Positions 1-7,774 of a stretch of 64,000 bases of DNA are shown piece by piece; the first letter of the stretch is position 1; each line of letters opens with the position of its first letter. The position numbers and the translations under genes are program-made. The DNA comes from Bacteroidota bacterium (GTDB lineage: Bacteria; Bacteroidota; Bacteroidia; Bacteroidales; FEN-979). The DNA lies in assembly GCA_043810345.1 (NCBI GenBank), contig JBDROF010000018.1, positions 97,651 to 161,650 of the forward strand, in the 5' to 3' direction. Below the pieces are notes generated by a model. The model ran no database searches and was not told the DNA's origin. It saw only the letters and a program-made list of their open reading frames with translations.

Positions 1-2060
1 TTAACGGAGGTGCTTCTCCGAGTTTCACTTGGAGGGTAAATGGCACTATTGTGGGGTCCAGTAGTCCAACATACAGTTATATCCCATCGGATGGGGATAT
101 GATATCCTGTCAGTTGAGTTCGAGTGTCTTCTGTCCGGTTGGTGATCCGGCCACCTCAAATACCATTACAATGGCCGTTCTTCCCTATCTGCCTGCCGGA
201 GTTGATATAACCGCTTCAGATAATCCCGTTTGCGAAGGGACCCAGGTTACTTTTACTGCAACTCATGTAAATGGAGGTACCAATCCCACATTTCAGTGGC
301 AGGTCAACGGGACAAACACCGGAACCAACAATTCTACCTTCACCTATACCCCTGCCGATGGGGATCTCGTGGTTTGTATAATGACATCTGATTATTTCTG
401 TGCCACAGGGAATCCGGCGACATCCAACACCATCTTCATGACCGTCCTTCCCTACCTGCCGGTCAGCCTCTCCATTACGGTTTCGGAGAACCCTGTATGT
501 GAAGGGAATCCCGTTGTATTCACGGCCAACCCTACCAATGGAGGTACCACACCGGTCTACCAGTGGATGGTCAACGGCGGCAATGCAGGAACCAACAGCA
601 CTTCCTTCTCTTATTCCCCTGTTGATGGAGATGTCGTCACCTGTTTGCTGACATCAAATGAGACCTGTACGACCGGTAACCCGGCCTTATCCAATTCGAT
701 TACCATGGTCGTGCTGCCAAATCTTACGGTGGACATTACGATAACTGCATCATCAAATCCATCCTGCCAGGGAGATCCGGTTTTATTCACAGCAACACCC
801 GTCAACGGCGGATCGGCACCTGTTTATCAATGGCAGGTAAACGGTGTGAATACCGGGACCAACAATCCATCCTTTTCCTATGCTCCGACTGATGGCGACA
901 TCGTGACCTGTCTGTTGACCTCCAACGAGCCATGTCCGGTCGGGAATCCGGCGACTTCAAATGCCATTAGCATGACCATCCAGCCATATCTTGCAGCCGG
1001 AGTGACGATCATTGCCTCTTCAAATCCTGTTTGTACCGGCACATCCGTGGAATTTACAGCCACTCCGATCAACGGCGGTACGAATCCGGTCTATCAGTGG
1101 AAAATAAACGGTGTTGACGCAGGTACCAACAGCACGCAATTTTTCTACGCTCCTTCTGATGGTGATATAATAACCTGCCAGATGACATCAGATTATTTGT
1201 GTCCGGTGACAAATCCGGTTCTGTCCAATGAAATCACGATGACGGTCCTTCCTCTTCCCTATATAGCATTAAACATCTGCGTCACGATCACCACACGGGA
1301 TGCCAAACCGTTTCTTTTACGCGGAGGGATCCCCGGAGGAGGAGTATACAGCGGTTCAGGGGTGCAGGATTCGATGTTTTATCCTGCCCTGGTGCCTGTC
1401 ACACAGGATTCCTCGGTGGTAACTTATACTTACTCAAATGTGAATAATTGTGATAGCTCTGCCTCACAAACCATCTGGATATATCCGTCTCAGCCATTTT
1501 CCTGTGGATTGACGCTAACGGATATTCGGGACAATCAGGTGTATCCTACGGTTCAGATCGGTTCTCAGTGCTGGATGGCTGAAAACCTCAATGCAGGCAA
1601 TTTCATTCCTTCCAGTTCACAGCAACGTGACAATTGCATTCTTGAGAAATATTGTTATGCCGACAATAGTACGAATTGTATACAGTATGGAGGACTTTAC
1701 CAATGGGATGAATTGATGCAATATTCTGGCGAAGAGGGAATCCAGGGAGTGTGCCCTCCTGCCTGGCATATCCCAACCGAAGCAGAATGGCAGGCGTTGT
1801 TTGATCTCTATCTGGGAAATGCATTTGCAGGGGATCCACTGAAAACATCCGGCTCATCCGGCTTTAATACCCTGTTCACTGGAGCAAGGTTTATCAATAA
1901 AAGCTGGAGTTTTCTGGATTTTGCCACGATGCTCTGGTCCTCCACCAGCCACGGTGTGAACAAAGGTTGGGCACATGGCCTGAATACCTATAATCACAGC
2001 GTTTCCTATTATCCATCCAGCATTTCCAATGCGCTTTCCATCAGATGCATTAAGGATTAG
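1..2060 (+). CDS. Repeat-rich cell-surface protein with C-terminal FISUMP (Fibrobacter succinogenes major paralogous) domain; 5' end lies outside the window
   Basis: The reading frame is open to the window edge (codons in phase from nt 3; the GTG at 51 is internal). It has five tandem 89-aa Ig/PKD-like units (NPVCEG..V.FTA...NGG..P.YQW.VNG..G.N...F.Y.P.DGD.V.C..TS...C..GNPA.SN.I.M.V). The C-terminus carries FISUMP hallmarks: LTDIRDNQVYPTVQIGSQCWMAENL, YGGLYQW, CPPAWHIPTEAEW, WSSTS, IRC. Confidence 0.85.
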   Translation, partial: NGGASPSFTWRVNGTIVGSSSPTYSYIPSDGDMISCQLSSSVFCPVGDPATSNTITMAVLPYLPAGVDITASDNPVCEGTQVTFTATHVNGGTNPTFQWQVNGTNTGTNNSTFTYTPADGDLVVCIMTSDYFCATGNPATSNTIFMTVLPYLPVSLSITVSENPVCEGNPVVFTANPTNGGTTPVYQWMVNGGNAGTNSTSFSYSPVDGDVVTCLLTSNETCTTGNPALSNSITMVVLPNLTVDITITASSNPSCQGDPVLFTATPVNGGSAPVYQWQVNGVNTGTNNPSFSYAPTDGDIVTCLLTSNEPCPVGNPATSNAISMTIQPYLAAGVTIIASSNPVCTGTSVEFTATPINGGTNPVYQWKINGVDAGTNSTQFFYAPSDGDIITCQMTSDYLCPVTNPVLSNEITMTVLPLPYIALNICVTITTRDAKPFLLRGGIPGGGVYSGSGVQDSMFYPALVPVTQDSSVVTYTYSNVNNCDSSASQTIWIYPSQPFSCGLTLTDIRDNQVYPTVQIGSQCWMAENLNAGNFIPSSSQQRDNCILEKYCYADNSTNCIQYGGLYQWDELMQYSGEEGIQGVCPPAWHIPTEAEWQALFDLYLGNAFAGDPLKTSGSSGFNTLFTGARFINKSWSFLDFATMLWSSTSHGVNKGWAHGLNTYNHSVSYYPSSISNALSIRCIKD
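3..1260 (+). repeat. Intragenic tandem repeat, exact 267-nt (89-codon) period, about 4.7 copies
   Basis: The Asn codon of the NGG motif recurs at nt 3, 270, 537, 804 and 1071, a constant 267-nt spacing. The copies are diverged at the DNA level. Confidence 0.9.
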
Positions 2061-2304
2061 AGGTTCCCAGCTTAATCTTCTCCCCATTTTACATGATCAA
2101 TTCGTCCGGTCTGTTCGTTATCTCCAGTAGAAAAGAACGATGTCGTCCGGAAGCTCCTCCAGCCTGTATTTGTCCTTTGGTCCTGAAAAAGAGGAAGATG
2201 AAACCGAAAGCAGCAATGTAAGGAGAGCAATGCGCATAGGTTGTTTGAACTATCAGTAACGTCCATTTTGAGAGATAACGTATGAATAAATAAGGAGAAT
2301 TCTC

Positions 2305-2312
2305 TATTTTTG
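2305..2312 (+). promoter_or_regulatory. Candidate Bacteroidetes -7 promoter box (TAnnTTTG) for the M23 peptidase gene; implies a near-leaderless mRNA
   Basis: tatttttg lies 5 nt upstream of the ATG at 2317. It matches the TAnnTTTG consensus known for Bacteroides sigma-AB promoters. Confidence 0.35.
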
Positions 2313-2316
2313 CGGC

Positions 2317-3546
2317 ATGAAGAGATCCTGGCTAAGACTTGCTTTTCCGATCATTATCTTGTTCGTTATACTCATTGGATCCATCATCTCATTTACAACT
2401 CCAGAAACCCTTGAAGTACCAGAAGTCGAACCAGAAACTGAACCCCATTTTGCCTATCACCTCAATATCGATACCCTGGACATCATTTACAATGAGGTCA
2501 AAAAGAATCAAAACCTTTCGGAGATCCTGGCTCCGTTAGTCTCCATGCAGACCATTGATCGCATTGCCCGAACCACCCGACATATCTTCGACGTGCGAAA
2601 GATCCGGCCAGGAAATCGGTATGCCGTAATTACATCCAGAGACAGTTTGAAGAAGCCATTATATTTTATTTATGAGATCAGCGATACTGATTTTGTCGTC
2701 TATGATTTCAGGGATTCGTTGCATGTTTACCGGGATGAGAAGGTGGTCTTAAAAACTATAAAGAGTGCTTGCGGAACGATCACCTCCTCGTTATGGAATG
2801 CGTTTGTCGACAATGGTCTCGACATTGACCTGGCCCTGAAGATGTCAGATGTATATGCCTGGACACTAGACTTTTACGGATTGCAGAATGGAGATAATTT
2901 CAAAGTCATCTACGAAGAGTTGTGCATTGATACCTTATCTGTTGGTGTGGGAAATATCCTGGCCTCCCGGTTCGAATCATCGGGTCACGACTTCTATGCG
3001 TTTTACTTTGAGCAGGATAGTGCAGGAACCTATTTTGATGAACTGGCTAAAAGTCTGCAACGTACCTTCCTGAAAGCTCCACTCCGCTTTTCACGCATCA
3101 GTTCACGTTTCAGCCATTCACGAAAACATCCAATCCTGAAAATCTCCCGTCCGCATCACGGCGTGGATTATGCAGCTCCACGTGGCACCCCTGTGGTTGC
3201 CCTGGGCGACGGTAAAGTAACAGAAGCACATTGGAACGGGGGATTCGGCAGGTTTGTAAAGATCAGGCATAACAGTGTTTATTCCACCGGGTACGGCCAC
3301 CTTTCCAACTACGGACCAGGGATCAAATCCGGAACGTATGTGAAACAGGGAGACGTGATTGGCTATGTTGGCAGCAGTGGTCTCTCGACCGGACCTCATC
3401 TCGATTTCCGGGTTTATAAGAATCACGCTCCCATCGATCCATTGAAGATGGAATCGCCTCCTACAGAACCTGTTGATACATCAAATCTCAACGTATACAA
3501 TGTCCTGGTGAAAACCATGATGAAGAAATTGGATTCCATTCACTGA
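2317..3546 (+). CDS. Peptidase M23 family (murein DD-endopeptidase-like), N-terminal membrane anchor
   Basis: 409-aa ORF. M23 motifs: HHGVDYAAPRGTPVVALGDGKV, GYGHLS, GSSGLSTGPHLDFRV. N-terminal hydrophobic helix LRLAFPIIILFVILIGSII. Confidence 0.9.
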   Translation: MKRSWLRLAFPIIILFVILIGSIISFTTPETLEVPEVEPETEPHFAYHLNIDTLDIIYNEVKKNQNLSEILAPLVSMQTIDRIARTTRHIFDVRKIRPGNRYAVITSRDSLKKPLYFIYEISDTDFVVYDFRDSLHVYRDEKVVLKTIKSACGTITSSLWNAFVDNGLDIDLALKMSDVYAWTLDFYGLQNGDNFKVIYEELCIDTLSVGVGNILASRFESSGHDFYAFYFEQDSAGTYFDELAKSLQRTFLKAPLRFSRISSRFSHSRKHPILKISRPHHGVDYAAPRGTPVVALGDGKVTEAHWNGGFGRFVKIRHNSVYSTGYGHLSNYGPGIKSGTYVKQGDVIGYVGSSGLSTGPHLDFRVYKNHAPIDPLKMESPPTEPVDTSNLNVYNVLVKTMMKKLDSIH

Positions 3547-3552
3547 ACCCGG

Positions 3553-4623
3553 TTAAAACGTTTTTTTCATACGAATGTGCAGTGCCGGGCATTGAGAGCT
3601 GTCGGTGTACCATTTACAACGGGGTTTACATCTCTGGCAGGCAACTATCATCTCCTCATGGTGTTGGGCTTTGGAGACCCAGTGGGGATCTGCAAGGATC
3701 GGACGTCCCAGGTTGATAAAATCGGCCAGGTTATTCTCAATCAGGTAGTTTGCCCGTTCCAGGGTGTGAATCTCATTCACCACTCCAACCGGGAGATGAA
3801 CCTCCCGTTTGATCACAGTTCCCGAATAACAGATCCAATTGTAATCAAATCCTTTGGGAGGACGGGGCAATGAAACCAGGGATCCACCATGTGAAACATC
3901 AAGCATATCAATGGGTTTTTGTTCGAGATAACGGGCTATAGCGATTCCATCTTCCAGGGTGGGAGAATTGGCCCCTATCCGGTAAAAAAGTAACAGGGAG
4001 TCACCACAAGCTTGCCTGATCCCATCAATGATCTCGCAGGCCAGCCTCATTCGCCCCTCCAGGGTTCTTCCAAATGCATCTTCGCGACGATTGTAGTAAG
4101 TGGAAGCAAACTGGCTAAGCAGATATCCATGCGCGCCATGGATCTGAACTCCGTCAAACCCGGCCTGCTGTGCCCGGATGGCAGCCTTGATGAAATCATC
4201 CCGGAGGGAATGGATCTCATCAATAGTCAGGTCTCTGGATCTCGGATCCTGTGGATTCGCAGAGGGTCCCGCCGGGCTATCGGTCACACTTTCCGGGGTA
4301 ACCAGTCCTGCATGGTGCAATTGGATCAGTGAGACAGCACCAAAACTTTTGACGATCTCCGGGATGTGGTTCAGCCCTTCGATGTGATTGTCGGACCAGA
4401 TGCCGATCTGGGAAGGAGCCAACCGTCCTTCTTTGCGTATACAGGTCGCCTCGGTAACGATGATCCCGGCGCCGCCCTCAGCCCGTTCACGGTAATGATC
4501 CAGGTTTTTCCGGGTAACGAACCCATCATCGCCGGCATACCCGAAGCAGACCATTGGAGGCATGATCACCCTATTCTTTACAGGGATTCCTTTCAGGTTG
4601 AATGAAGAGAAAAGTGGAAGCAT
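3553..4623 (-). CDS. NADH:flavin oxidoreductase, Old Yellow Enzyme family
   Basis: OYE motifs: NRVIMPPM, AGIIVTEA, QLHHAG, GFDGVQIHGAHGYLLSQFAS..NRREDAFG. I place the start at the internal ATG (MLPLFSSF.., nt 4623), 2 nt after the stop of the upstream small ORF. The track start at 4662 is the alternative. Confidence 0.85.
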   Translation of the reverse strand: MLPLFSSFNLKGIPVKNRVIMPPMVCFGYAGDDGFVTRKNLDHYRERAEGGAGIIVTEATCIRKEGRLAPSQIGIWSDNHIEGLNHIPEIVKSFGAVSLIQLHHAGLVTPESVTDSPAGPSANPQDPRSRDLTIDEIHSLRDDFIKAAIRAQQAGFDGVQIHGAHGYLLSQFASTYYNRREDAFGRTLEGRMRLACEIIDGIRQACGDSLLLFYRIGANSPTLEDGIAIARYLEQKPIDMLDVSHGGSLVSLPRPPKGFDYNWICYSGTVIKREVHLPVGVVNEIHTLERANYLIENNLADFINLGRPILADPHWVSKAQHHEEMIVACQRCKPRCKWYTDSSQCPALHIRMKKTF

Positions 4624-4625
4624 AT

Positions 4626-4916
4626 TCAACTGGTTTTGGTAAAAGGATGAGGATTTTTCCACATTTTCCAGACCAGGAAGATGGGAAAGAAAAACCAGGG
4701 AGCGTTCGCTAACAGGACCAGCTGCAGGTTCAGTCCACCATGAACCATATCAATGAAAAACGGCAATGGCCAGAAGGGGTAGTCGAAATAATCCGGATCC
4801 TTGATCACCAGTTGCTCCGGATCAACGATGTGGGTAATGAAGAAAAGATTGATGAAGAAGAATACAAGGTAGATGTAATCGACCGGGCGCTGTTTCAGGG
4901 GGATTGGTTTGCGCAT
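4626..4916 (-). CDS. Small polytopic membrane protein (possibly EXPERA/DUF2781-like), co-oriented and tightly coupled to the OYE gene
   Basis: 96 aa with two or more hydrophobic helices (YIYLVFFFINLFFITHI; NAPWFFFPIFLVW). Its stop lies 2 nt before the OYE ATG. The family assignment is from memory of the pattern only. Confidence 0.5.
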   Translation of the reverse strand: MRKPIPLKQRPVDYIYLVFFFINLFFITHIVDPEQLVIKDPDYFDYPFWPLPFFIDMVHGGLNLQLVLLANAPWFFFPIFLVWKMWKNPHPFTKTS

Positions 4917-4923
4917 AAATACT

Positions 4924-4991
4924 TGATAAGATATAAGATATTAGATGTTAGATATATTGCCAATTGCCAACTGCCAACTGCTAACTGCTAA
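4924..4991. repeat. Intergenic 'morphing' short tandem repeat
   Basis: gataagatataagatattagatgttagatatat is followed by tgccaattgccaactgccaactgctaactgctaa. Each unit differs from its neighbour by 1-2 nt. Confidence 0.85.
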
Positions 4992-5154
4992 TTTTTTTCT
5001 CAGGCACAGCCGGCGCATTTCCGTCATGAGCTCGAGTTTTATGAAATGAACTTTTGCGAAACAAATATACATAATCAACACAACCCTTCCTTTTATCTCA
5101 TTCCGCATAAGTAATCATTAATCACGTTTCGCGTATCTCGAATCCGGCTTCCTT

Positions 5155-5179
5155 GTCACAGCGAGCAGAGCGAAGCTGC
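5155..5179. repeat. Copy of the dispersed motif gtcaNNgcgagcNNNNcgaagc (also at 25913-25937, and inverted at 27104-27129)
   Basis: gtcacagcgagcagagcgaagctgc compared with gtcattgcgagcgcaacgaagcaac. Confidence 0.6.
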
Positions 5180-5241
5180 AGAATCCGATATCAAAATTGA
5201 ACAATTCCATTGAAAATCTACCATTGTACATGGTAAATTGA

Positions 5242-5249
5242 TAAGTTTG
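5242..5249 (+). promoter_or_regulatory. Candidate -7 box (TAnnTTTG) upstream of galM
   Basis: taagtttg lies 21 nt upstream of the ATG at 5270. Confidence 0.4.
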
Positions 5250-5269
5250 TATCCATAAAGCCAAAAACC

Positions 5270-6412
5270 ATGAAACCCTGTTCTATCCTTCTCATTCCAG
5301 TGCTTCTGTGTTCGGGTTTCTTCACAGGTTGCCAGGATCCCGGAGACAGAAACCAATCATCAAACACCTCAATCCTCTCCATCATGAAAGAACCTTTCGG
5401 GGCTGCAGATAACCAGGAGGTATTCCTCTACACCCTTACAAACGCAAACGGGATCGTTGTAAAAATCACCAATTATGGTGGCATCATTACCCAGATCTGG
5501 ATACCTGACAGGGAAGGTCGACCCGGGGACATTGTACTGGGGTATGACGGCCTCCAGGGATATCTCGACAACAATCCCTATTTCGGTGCCATCGCTGGCC
5601 GTTATGCAAATCGCATTGCGAAAGGCCAGTTCACGCTGGATGGAACCACTTACCACCTGGCAACTAACAACGGGAACAATCATCTCCACGGTGGAGAGAA
5701 AGGCTTTGATAAGGTGGTGTGGGATGCCACCTATACACTGGACTCTGCCTCCGTCGGGTTGGAACTTTCCTATCTGAGCCCGGACGGTGAAGAGGGATAT
5801 CCCGGGAATCTCCATGTGAAAGTACTCTATACGCTGAATAATGCCGATGAATTGACCACCGTCATCACAGCAACTACGGATAAACCCTGTCCAGTCAACC
5901 TTTGCAACCACACCTATTTCAACCTGAGCAAGGTCGACACAAACGTTCTGGGGCACATCCTCTCCATTGTCGCTGCCCAATTCACCGATGTCAGCGACGA
6001 CCTAATTCCCACCGGGGATCTGCCTCCGTTAGCCGGAACCCCGATGGACTTCAACACCCCTCATGAGATCGGTTCACGGATCGAAGAGGTCAGGGGTGGT
6101 TATGACCACAACTATGTGCTTGATAAAACACCCGGCGAGCTGGCTCTTGCAGCCACCCTGCTGGATCCGAAGAACGGCCGGGAGGTCAAGATCTACACGA
6201 CCCAGCCGGGCCTCCAGTTCTATTCGGGGAATTTCCTCGATGGTTCGATCAGGGGAAAAGGAGGAGCAGTATACAACAAGCATTACGGACTCTGCCTGGA
6301 GACCCAGCATTTTCCCGATTCCCCAAACCAGAAGGACTTTCCGAACACCATTTTGAAGCCGGGCGAGACGTACCGTGAAATTACCGTATATAAGTTTGGA
6401 GTGGTGGAATGA
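5270..6412 (+). CDS. galM: Aldose 1-epimerase (galactose mutarotase), lipoprotein-type signal
   Basis: 380 aa. Motifs: GAIAGRYANRIAKGQFTLDGTTYHLATNNGNNHLHGG, GFDKVVW, ETQHFPDSPN. N-terminus LLCSGFFTGC. Confidence 0.9.
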   Translation: MKPCSILLIPVLLCSGFFTGCQDPGDRNQSSNTSILSIMKEPFGAADNQEVFLYTLTNANGIVVKITNYGGIITQIWIPDREGRPGDIVLGYDGLQGYLDNNPYFGAIAGRYANRIAKGQFTLDGTTYHLATNNGNNHLHGGEKGFDKVVWDATYTLDSASVGLELSYLSPDGEEGYPGNLHVKVLYTLNNADELTTVITATTDKPCPVNLCNHTYFNLSKVDTNVLGHILSIVAAQFTDVSDDLIPTGDLPPLAGTPMDFNTPHEIGSRIEEVRGGYDHNYVLDKTPGELALAATLLDPKNGREVKIYTTQPGLQFYSGNFLDGSIRGKGGAVYNKHYGLCLETQHFPDSPNQKDFPNTILKPGETYREITVYKFGVVE

Positions 6413-6449
6413 AATCAGGTTTTCTTTCTGAATTTCTTACTTCTGAGCA

Positions 6450-6472
6450 AGCCGCTGCCATTTATGGCGGCT
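6450..6472. terminator. Possible bidirectional hairpin between convergent galM and galK
   Basis: agccgctg-ccattta-tggcggct forms 6 Watson-Crick plus 2 G-U pairs. There is no U-tract, and it overlaps the galK stop codon. Confidence 0.3.
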
Positions 6473-7646
6473 AATAACGGATATTCCGTACACCATCCGA
6501 CACCTCTGCCACATAAAAGTCCGCCTTCAGGCCGGTCTTTTCTTGATATCTTTTTCCGGCCTCCTCAATGAATTGATCTAACGCATCTGTTTTCACGATG
6601 GAGACTGTGCATCCTCCGAAACCGGCGCCGGTCATACGTGATCCGATTACCCCGGGGATCCGCTGAGCTTCGGCAACCAGTGTATCCAGCTCAAAACCAG
6701 TTACCTCGTAGTTATCACGCAAAGATTCGTGCGAGGCGTTCATCAGGGCGCCGAACTCCAGGATGTTGTGGTTCCAGAGGCAGGCAACTGCATTCAGAAC
6801 CCGTTGGTTCTCCGAGATGACATGCCGGGCTCGTCGACGGATCACTTCGTCGGGTATCTGGTCCTGTACTTTGTAAAATTGCATGAAGCTGATTTCGCTG
6901 AGTTGGCTGATGTCAAATATCTCACCCAGACAGGTGATGGCCAACTGACACTCGGCTACCCGTTCATTGTATTTAGAATCAGCCAGTTCTCTTTGTTTAT
7001 TGGTATTGGCAATGACCAGACTGATCCCATCTAACATCAGGGGGACCATCTTATACTCCAGCGTCTTACAATTCAGGAAGATGACATGAGCCTTCTCACC
7101 CATCCCCACAGCAAACTGATCCATGATGCCACAATTAACTCCAACAAACTGATTCTCAGCCTTCTGGGATAATTTGATCAGGTCGATCAGGGAGAGATTG
7201 GTTTCCAGGAGGTCGTTCAGTGCAAAGGCAGTGACCATCTCAATGGAGGCGGATGATGATAATCCAGCATTATTTGGGATATCTCCGGAGAACAACAACT
7301 CCATACCTCCGAAAGAAATTCCCTGGAGCCGGAACTGATCCATCACACCCAGAGGATAATTCACCCAGTGGTTTTCCATCCTTTTGATACTCCCTGTCAA
7401 CGGAACCTCTGTTTGAAATTTCATGTTGGTGGAAGCCAGGCGGATGACTGGCTCATCCACCAGCCGAATTAGCAGATAGGTTCCGAATTGCAGGGCACAG
7501 GGAAGGACAAAACCACCGTTGTAGTCGGTATGCTCTCCAATCAGATTTACCCGCCCGGGGGCGAAATAGATATTCGGAGGTGCTTCCTGATTTCCAAAGC
7601 GTTTGAAAAAAAGGTTAAGAAGTGGTTGAGGATCCATGTTAAGCAT
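6471..7646 (-). CDS. galK: Galactokinase
   Basis: 391 aa. GHMP/galactokinase signatures: APGRVNLIGEHTDYNGGFVLPCA and NNAGLSSSASIE. Confidence 0.93.
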   Translation of the reverse strand: MLNMDPQPLLNLFFKRFGNQEAPPNIYFAPGRVNLIGEHTDYNGGFVLPCALQFGTYLLIRLVDEPVIRLASTNMKFQTEVPLTGSIKRMENHWVNYPLGVMDQFRLQGISFGGMELLFSGDIPNNAGLSSSASIEMVTAFALNDLLETNLSLIDLIKLSQKAENQFVGVNCGIMDQFAVGMGEKAHVIFLNCKTLEYKMVPLMLDGISLVIANTNKQRELADSKYNERVAECQLAITCLGEIFDISQLSEISFMQFYKVQDQIPDEVIRRRARHVISENQRVLNAVACLWNHNILEFGALMNASHESLRDNYEVTGFELDTLVAEAQRIPGVIGSRMTGAGFGGCTVSIVKTDALDQFIEEAGKRYQEKTGLKADFYVAEVSDGVRNIRY

Positions 7647-7742
7647 TTATGAACCGAAATTAATAAAAAGTTAAAGGAAACGGAGCACAATACCAGTAAT
7701 TAGTTTTGGAGTGAAATGCCTTATTCCTTTAGAAAAATCAAT

Positions 7743-7750
7743 TAATTTTG
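7743..7750 (+). promoter_or_regulatory. Candidate -7 box (TAnnTTTG) upstream of the beta-mannosidase gene
   Basis: taattttg lies 24 nt upstream of the ATG at 7775. Confidence 0.4.
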
Positions 7751-7774
7751 CTGAAATTATCTAAACCGCTACCC

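Noticed and set aside
2072-2266. 64-aa minus-strand ORF. An alternative 39-aa ORF lies at 2118-2237 (-) with a signal-peptide-like start (MRIALLTLLLSVSSSSFS..).
   Set aside because: The 64-aa ORF has an implausible composition. The 39-aa ORF is intriguing but too short to support without conservation data, so it is not reported as a feature.
5369-5980. 203-aa minus-strand ORF. The same class includes 20567-21199, 22774-23445, 9185-9676, 38481-39017, 43854-44381 and 34352-34894.
   Set aside because: All are shadow ORFs inside well-supported + strand genes (galM, GRE, GH31, GH2, KS, CLF, BtrH-like).
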